Source of the DNA: Waddliaceae bacterium | GTDB lineage: Bacteria; Chlamydiota; Chlamydiia; Chlamydiales; SLFE01 | Direction of reading: 5' to 3' | DNA length: 64,000 bases | Assembly: GCA_963783885.1 (NCBI GenBank) | Contig: CAWAPJ010000010.1 | Span: 43,967 to 107,966, forward strand | Shown: piece after piece, positions 58,716-64,000 of the stretch | Numbering within the stretch: position 1 is the first letter of the stretch | How the letters are laid out: each line of letters opens with the position of its first letter | Translations under genes and position numbers: made by a program | Notes under the pieces: model-generated | What the model saw: the letters and a program-made list of their open reading frames with translations, nothing else | What the model was told of the DNA's origin: nothing | Databases searched by the model: none

Positions 58716-59072
58716 ATGAAATTTTTTTTAGCAATGGCGTTGATTTGTTTATTGACTCTATCGTGTGATAGAGACAAGCGAGAACCTGTGAATCCGGAGT
58801 ATGCCAGCTTCCCTAAAAAGCAGCGGGAGGCCGTCATCAAGATCGACAAAGAAATCGACAAGCTTCAAAACCAAATGGAAAAAAACATGATGGGTTTCGA
58901 TAAAGAGGAATTTAAGGGGGAAAGAGACGTTCACGGAAGCTGGCAGAAGTTTAGCGCGTCTGAAGAAGAGGCGTCCAAGGGTCAACAGAAGTCGATTCGC
59001 ATCAGGGAACGCATTATCGAGCTGCAGCAGAAAAAAATGAAAATTTTGGAAGATCAGACTCCTCAAAAATAA
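58716..59072 (+). CDS. Hypothetical coiled-coil lipoprotein
   Basis: Lipobox-like LTLSC; charged helical body. Confidence 0.6.
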   Translation: MKFFLAMALICLLTLSCDRDKREPVNPEYASFPKKQREAVIKIDKEIDKLQNQMEKNMMGFDKEEFKGERDVHGSWQKFSASEEEASKGQQKSIRIRERIIELQQKKMKILEDQTPQK

Positions 59073-59096
59073 AACGATCAGGTTAAACTGTCAGTC

Positions 59097-60569
59097 ATGA
59101 AACTCCGCGATCTTTACAAAGACTCACTTTCTTTGCTCACCGATTTTTATCAACTGACCATGGCGGCAAGCTACTGGAAAGAGGGGCTGAAAGAGTCCGA
59201 AGCGGTCTATCACTTGCATTTTAGAAAAAATCCCTTCAAGGGAGGATTCGCCATAGCTGCGGGGCTCGATTCCGTGATCGAGTTTTTGAAAGATTTTCAT
59301 TTCGACAGCTCGGATCTGGACTATCTTTCGGGGATAAAAGATTTTGACGGCAACCGCTATTTCGATGATGATTTTCTAAGATATTTGTCGGAACTGCAAT
59401 TTATCTGCGACGTCGACGCTGTACCCGAGGGAACCGTTGTTTTCCCTCAGGAATCCCTGGTGAGAGTCAAAGGGCCGATCATTCAATGCCAGCTGCTGGA
59501 AAGCCCTCTTCTCAATCTGGTCAATTTCCCGACTCTGGTCGCAACAAAAGGCGCGCGCGTTGCCATGGCGGCCGGCGAAGACACCGTTATGGAGTTCGGA
59601 CTGAGGCGGGCTCAGGGAATCGACGGGGCGATTACCGCCAGCCGCTCTTCCTATATCGGGGGTTGTCATTCCACTTCGAATGTCCTTGCCGGAAAGATGT
59701 ACGGCATCCCTGTGAGCGGAACACACGCTCATAGCTGGATTATGGCCTTCGATGAAGAGGTCGAGTCATTCTATGCCTTTGCAAGAGCCATGCCGGGTAA
59801 TACCATATTTTTGGTCGACACTTTTGATACCCTCGAGGGTGTCAGGAATGCGGTCGAAGTCGGAAAGTGGCTGAGAGAAAACGGCAGAAAATTTTATGGC
59901 ATCCGGCTGGATTCCGGAGACCTGGCTTATCTGAGCATACAGGCGAGGAAAATTCTCGATGAGGCCGGATTTGAAAGCACAAAGATTGTCGGCAGCAATG
60001 AGCTGGATGAAACTGTAATTTCCGATCTCAAAAAGCAGGGGGCCAAAATTGGAGTGTGGGGTGTCGGAACAAATCTGGCAACGGCTAAAGACCACCCGGC
60101 TTTGGATGGAATTTATAAGCTGTCTGCCGTCAAACATAAGGGCGGAGACTGGCAGCACAAGCTCAAACTTTCCGAGCAGATGATTAAAATTTCCAACCCC
60201 GGAATTCTTCAGGTGCGCAGGTTTTCGGGCGAATACGGAAATATCGCCGATATCATTTATGATGAGCTTCTCGGGGTCCCCAAGCAGTGGACCGTTGTCG
60301 ACCCTTTGGATCCGACAAGGCAAAAAACAATGCCTGAAAATTCCGAGGGCAAGGATCTTCTGGCACCGATTTTCCGAAAGGGAAAGCTCTGTTACCAGTC
60401 GCCTTCTATTGAGGAAATTAGAGCTAATACCCTTAGCGGCCTCAAACAGTTTCATCCCGGAATCAAACGTTTTCTCAACCCTCATCAGTATGTAGTGGGC
60501 CTTGAGAAGAATCTCTATCGTTTAAAAATGAATATTATTAATGACATCAGAGAAAAGGTGAGTCAATGA
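59097..60569 (+). CDS. pncB: Nicotinate phosphoribosyltransferase
   Basis: LLTDFYQLTM, EFGLRRAQG, GTHAHSW, LVDTFDT, IRLDSGDL, GVGT. Confidence 0.95.
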   Translation: MKLRDLYKDSLSLLTDFYQLTMAASYWKEGLKESEAVYHLHFRKNPFKGGFAIAAGLDSVIEFLKDFHFDSSDLDYLSGIKDFDGNRYFDDDFLRYLSELQFICDVDAVPEGTVVFPQESLVRVKGPIIQCQLLESPLLNLVNFPTLVATKGARVAMAAGEDTVMEFGLRRAQGIDGAITASRSSYIGGCHSTSNVLAGKMYGIPVSGTHAHSWIMAFDEEVESFYAFARAMPGNTIFLVDTFDTLEGVRNAVEVGKWLRENGRKFYGIRLDSGDLAYLSIQARKILDEAGFESTKIVGSNELDETVISDLKKQGAKIGVWGVGTNLATAKDHPALDGIYKLSAVKHKGGDWQHKLKLSEQMIKISNPGILQVRRFSGEYGNIADIIYDELLGVPKQWTVVDPLDPTRQKTMPENSEGKDLLAPIFRKGKLCYQSPSIEEIRANTLSGLKQFHPGIKRFLNPHQYVVGLEKNLYRLKMNIINDIREKVSQ

Positions 60570-61180
60570 AAGCGCTGCTTCTTGTCGATTTGCAATATGA
60601 CTTTTTTCCCGGCGGGGCGCTGGCGGTGAAAGAAGGAGATAAGATACTTCCGGTTGTCAACAAGCTTCTGGAAATGGACTGGGATCTGATTACCGCATCA
60701 GTGGACTGGCATCCTCCCGATCATAAGAGTTTCGCATCGATGCATAAGGGGAAAAAGGTCGGAGATACAATCGACCTGGATGGAATCGATCAGATTTTGT
60801 GGCCCGATCATTGCGTTCAGGATGCTCGTGGCGCCGAGTTTTATCCCGGGTGGGATATTGAAAGAGTCGACAAAATCTTTTTTAAGGGCATCGATCCCAA
60901 TATCGACAGCTACAGCACATTTTTCGACAATGGCCACCGCCGCTCGACAGGCCTTGGCGAGTATTTGAAAGAACATAATATTACCGAAGTGTATATTGCA
61001 GGGCTTGCAACGGATTATTGCGTGAAATTTTCTGCATTTGACGCTTTGGAGCTCGGCTTTAAAACTTACATCGTTATGGAAGGGGTGAAGGGGGTGAATC
61101 TTCATCCCGAAGACTCAGAGAAAGCTCTCCGTGAAATGCAGGAGAGGGGGGTGGTGCTTGTGAGCGTCCATGACCTCTGA
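60566..61180 (+). CDS. pncA: Nicotinamidase/pyrazinamidase
   Basis: VDLQYDF.PGGALAV, DWHP..H.SF, WPDHCVQ, KG...DSYS.F, GLATDYCV. Confidence 0.95.
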   Translation: MKALLLVDLQYDFFPGGALAVKEGDKILPVVNKLLEMDWDLITASVDWHPPDHKSFASMHKGKKVGDTIDLDGIDQILWPDHCVQDARGAEFYPGWDIERVDKIFFKGIDPNIDSYSTFFDNGHRRSTGLGEYLKEHNITEVYIAGLATDYCVKFSAFDALELGFKTYIVMEGVKGVNLHPEDSEKALREMQERGVVLVSVHDL

Positions 61181-61442
61181 ACTTGTTGTCAAAATCATCC
61201 CTAAAAGCAGTCAAAACACAATAGTCGGCTATGAAAACAATGTTTTGAAAATTAAGATCAAGGCCATCCCCGAAAAAGGAAAAGCCAATGAGGAGCTGCT
61301 GAAATTCCTCTCCAAATCCCTCAAAATCTCCAAATCTTCAATCGCTATCAAAAGCGGCCTTTCAGGAAGGCAGAAGAGACTTGAATTTCAAAATATCTCT
61401 CCCAAAGAGCTGGACTTCCGACTGCAGAATTTGCTAAAATGA
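61170..61442 (+). CDS. DUF167/YggU family protein
   Basis: VKIIPKSS, PEKGKANEEL..FL, I.SG..GRQK. Confidence 0.85.
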   Translation: MTSELVVKIIPKSSQNTIVGYENNVLKIKIKAIPEKGKANEELLKFLSKSLKISKSSIAIKSGLSGRQKRLEFQNISPKELDFRLQNLLK

Positions 61443-61464
61443 ATGTTCAACCAAGGATTACATT

Positions 61465-62973
61465 ATGCTGAGGAAAGGTTTATTTTTCGTAATTTTTATT
61501 TTTTGTGCCAAAAGCGCTTTCTCTAATGAGAATAAGTCCGAAAACCTATGCCCGGCTAAACCCGATTGCCTGGAAGAAATAACTGAAACAACTCAGCATG
61601 AAGCTAAAATCAACGGCCGTACGATAAAATATACCGCGACTGCAGGCACAATCGTCTTGAGAAACAAGGAAGGCGAAGGTGAAGCGAGCATTTTTTATGT
61701 TGCCTATACGAAAAATAATGAAAACGATCTTTCAAAAAGGCCCGTGACATTCTGCTTCAATGGAGGTCCGGGTTCATCTTCCGTTTGGCTCCATCTGGGG
61801 GCGATTGGCCCGAGACGCCTCGCGATGAACGTCGACGGAACCCCCGAAAGGCCTTATCATCTTGTCGACAATGAATATTCCCTGCTCGATATCACCGACC
61901 TTGTTTTTATCGATCCCGTTTCCACTGGCTACAGCCGCGTTGCTCCCGATGTCGATGCAAACAAATTCCATGGCGTTGAACAGGACATCCAGTCTGTCGG
62001 CGAGTTCATTCGCCTCTATACAACGCAAAACGGAAGATGGACGTCTCCCAAGTTCATTGCCGGGGAGAGCTACGGAACGACGCGGGCGACAGGTCTTGCG
62101 AATCATCTCTATGATAAAACGCGCATGGAAATGAACGGCATTTTGCTGATTTCGGCGGTTCTCGACTTTCAGGCATATTATTTCTCTATGGGCAACGATT
62201 TGCCCTATATTACCTTTCTCCCCACCTATACCAACATTGCCTGGTATCACAAAAAACTCGATAAAAGTTTGCTCCAAGACTTTTTTAAGACACAAGAAGA
62301 AGTGAAAGAGTTTGCTTTAGGCGAATATGCCCGCGCCCTTGTGCAGGGGAACCGTTTGAAAGAAAAGGAAAGGAACATTATTGCCGAAAAACTGTCCAGA
62401 TACACCGGCCTTGACAAAGACTACATTCTCAAGTCAGACCTTAGGGTGAATATGGCCAGCTTTGTTAAAAAATTGATGAATGGGGAGGACCGCTTGGTCA
62501 GCCGCTTCGACGGCCGCATGCTGGGCATTGACGAGAATCCGACATCATCGAGGGTTTCGTATGATCCCATGCTCTCGCTCGTTGCCCCTGCGTTTACATC
62601 CACAATGAATCAATATCTTCGTGACGAGCTGAATTGGAAAGAGACGCGCGAATATGAAATCCTGGCAATGGGACTCTTCCCCAAGTGGGACTGGAGCAAA
62701 GCCAAGAACCAGTACCTCAATATGAACGAAGACCTGCTTGATCTTATGTCGCAAAACCCCCACTTCCGAGTTTTTGTTGCAAGCGGCTACTACGATCTGG
62801 CAACTCCCTTCGAGGCGACCGACTATACATTTGCCCACCTGCCGATCGACCCGATCCTCGAACGCAACATCACGATCAGGTATTACGACGCAGGTCATAT
62901 GATGTATATTCATAAGCCGTCTCTTGTGAAGCTCAAAAGAGACATGGCCGACTTTGTGAGGGGAACGCTGTAA
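61465..62973 (+). CDS. Peptidase S10 serine carboxypeptidase, exported
   Basis: FNGGPGSSS, IDPVSTGYS, GESYG, GYYDLATP, AGHMMY. Confidence 0.92.
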   Translation: MLRKGLFFVIFIFCAKSAFSNENKSENLCPAKPDCLEEITETTQHEAKINGRTIKYTATAGTIVLRNKEGEGEASIFYVAYTKNNENDLSKRPVTFCFNGGPGSSSVWLHLGAIGPRRLAMNVDGTPERPYHLVDNEYSLLDITDLVFIDPVSTGYSRVAPDVDANKFHGVEQDIQSVGEFIRLYTTQNGRWTSPKFIAGESYGTTRATGLANHLYDKTRMEMNGILLISAVLDFQAYYFSMGNDLPYITFLPTYTNIAWYHKKLDKSLLQDFFKTQEEVKEFALGEYARALVQGNRLKEKERNIIAEKLSRYTGLDKDYILKSDLRVNMASFVKKLMNGEDRLVSRFDGRMLGIDENPTSSRVSYDPMLSLVAPAFTSTMNQYLRDELNWKETREYEILAMGLFPKWDWSKAKNQYLNMNEDLLDLMSQNPHFRVFVASGYYDLATPFEATDYTFAHLPIDPILERNITIRYYDAGHMMYIHKPSLVKLKRDMADFVRGTL

Positions 62974-63203
62974 TCCTCTGGGTTGAATAACCCAGGCTAT
63001 GAAGAAAACTTTGAATACTCTTCACACTGACTGTTTGAGTAACAATCGCGCAACAGAAAATTTTCCTGCTCTTTGTGAGTATTTAGTTCCATTTAAGGAA
63101 GAGTCAAAAGGCGAAATGAGGTTAATCAAAGAGATTAGTTGAAAGAAAAAATTAAATCTTTTAGGATTTTCTCGTAATCTGTTCAAAAGGATATTAAATA
63201 ATT

Positions 63204-63947
63204 ATGAACGCAGAAAGTTCTTCCCAAATGTCAATTTCTTATAATACTCCTTCACGCGGGTACGGATTTTATGATAATCCATTGTCAAGAGCGGTTGCAA
63301 TCTTTATTCGTGTTCAAGAATTTCTTGAACGAGGATCATATCGAGATCGAATTTCTAGGGATGAGCATTTGATGCTTAAGAGAAGATTGACGTATGATGT
63401 CTGCAATTATCTTTTAGATAAAATCAAATCCCATCCATTGATTTTCCTTGTTCCAAAAGAGGTCAATGTCCAAAAAGCACCAGGTATTTATTCATATCTA
63501 AATTTAAAAGAACTCAAAAGTATTTCTATAAGATCGGAGAATACCTATTCATTTATAAGTGTAGAAAAGTTTACTCAGATTCAAGAGTTATGCAGGATTC
63601 GATTTGGCACCGGTTCTGGAAACATTAAGTTTATTACAATACGGAAAGATGCATATCCCGAATTATTAGCTTATAGAAATTGTCATAACAAACCCGAAGT
63701 CTCATGTGGTTATTACGCAAACTCCCGTGCTGGAGATTCATCATCTATCTATACAATTGAGGAAAGAAAGAATTATCAGGGTTTCCCATCGAATCGTGTT
63801 GCAAGTGCCTATCATTCTCGGCAGTTCAATAATCCCTCTTCATCATATAATCGTAAAACAAACCACTTAATAGCTAAAGATACAGAATTCAATTTGAATA
63901 CATCTTCTTCAAAATCTCAAAACAGTTGTTGCTGTACATTGTTTTAA
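63204..63947 (+). CDS. Hypothetical Ser/Asn-rich protein ending in CCCTLF (CaaX-like)
   Basis: ORF track; Ser-rich N-terminus, C-terminal SQNSCCCTLF*. Confidence 0.6.
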   Translation: MNAESSSQMSISYNTPSRGYGFYDNPLSRAVAIFIRVQEFLERGSYRDRISRDEHLMLKRRLTYDVCNYLLDKIKSHPLIFLVPKEVNVQKAPGIYSYLNLKELKSISIRSENTYSFISVEKFTQIQELCRIRFGTGSGNIKFITIRKDAYPELLAYRNCHNKPEVSCGYYANSRAGDSSSIYTIEERKNYQGFPSNRVASAYHSRQFNNPSSSYNRKTNHLIAKDTEFNLNTSSSKSQNSCCCTLF

Positions 63948-64000
63948 ATAGAGGAATTATGAATGGGGAGTCCGGGCCCCCTTCTCCCTATCTTTTGCTA

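Overview
A 64-kb chromosomal window most consistent with an environmental chlamydia (Parachlamydiales, Waddlia/Criblamydia-like). This is inferred from Chlamydia-type gene order (uppS-cdsA-cmk; rpsU-dnaJ; ileS/lepB/CT021-like gene), a long chlamydial-type LepB, a DUF648-like protein and a long tmRNA tag. The housekeeping genes (lepA, purA, pgm, mrp, ftsK, comEC, ileS, lepB, pncAB, three tRNAs, tmRNA) are interspersed with AT-rich accessory genes that look like host-directed effectors. These are an ankyrin-repeat protein fused to an AvrB-like Fido domain (the most striking find), a Hanks-type pseudokinase, a CX5R phosphatase-like protein, a DUF648+IQ+PRTase-like protein, a GlnE/DUF294-like nucleotidyltransferase, two LRR proteins and a CaaX-tailed protein. 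The region 33-46 kb is a plasticity zone. It holds an apparently intact IS605-group element (tnpA+tnpB, predicted target TTAT), an ISAba1-like IS4 remnant nested with a palindromic MITE/RPE-like element, an IS3-derived mini-element, several frameshifted pseudogenes, and a 2.4-kb integrase-less toxin-antitoxin islet at the tmRNA 3' end. All family calls come from reading motifs by eye; no searches were run.
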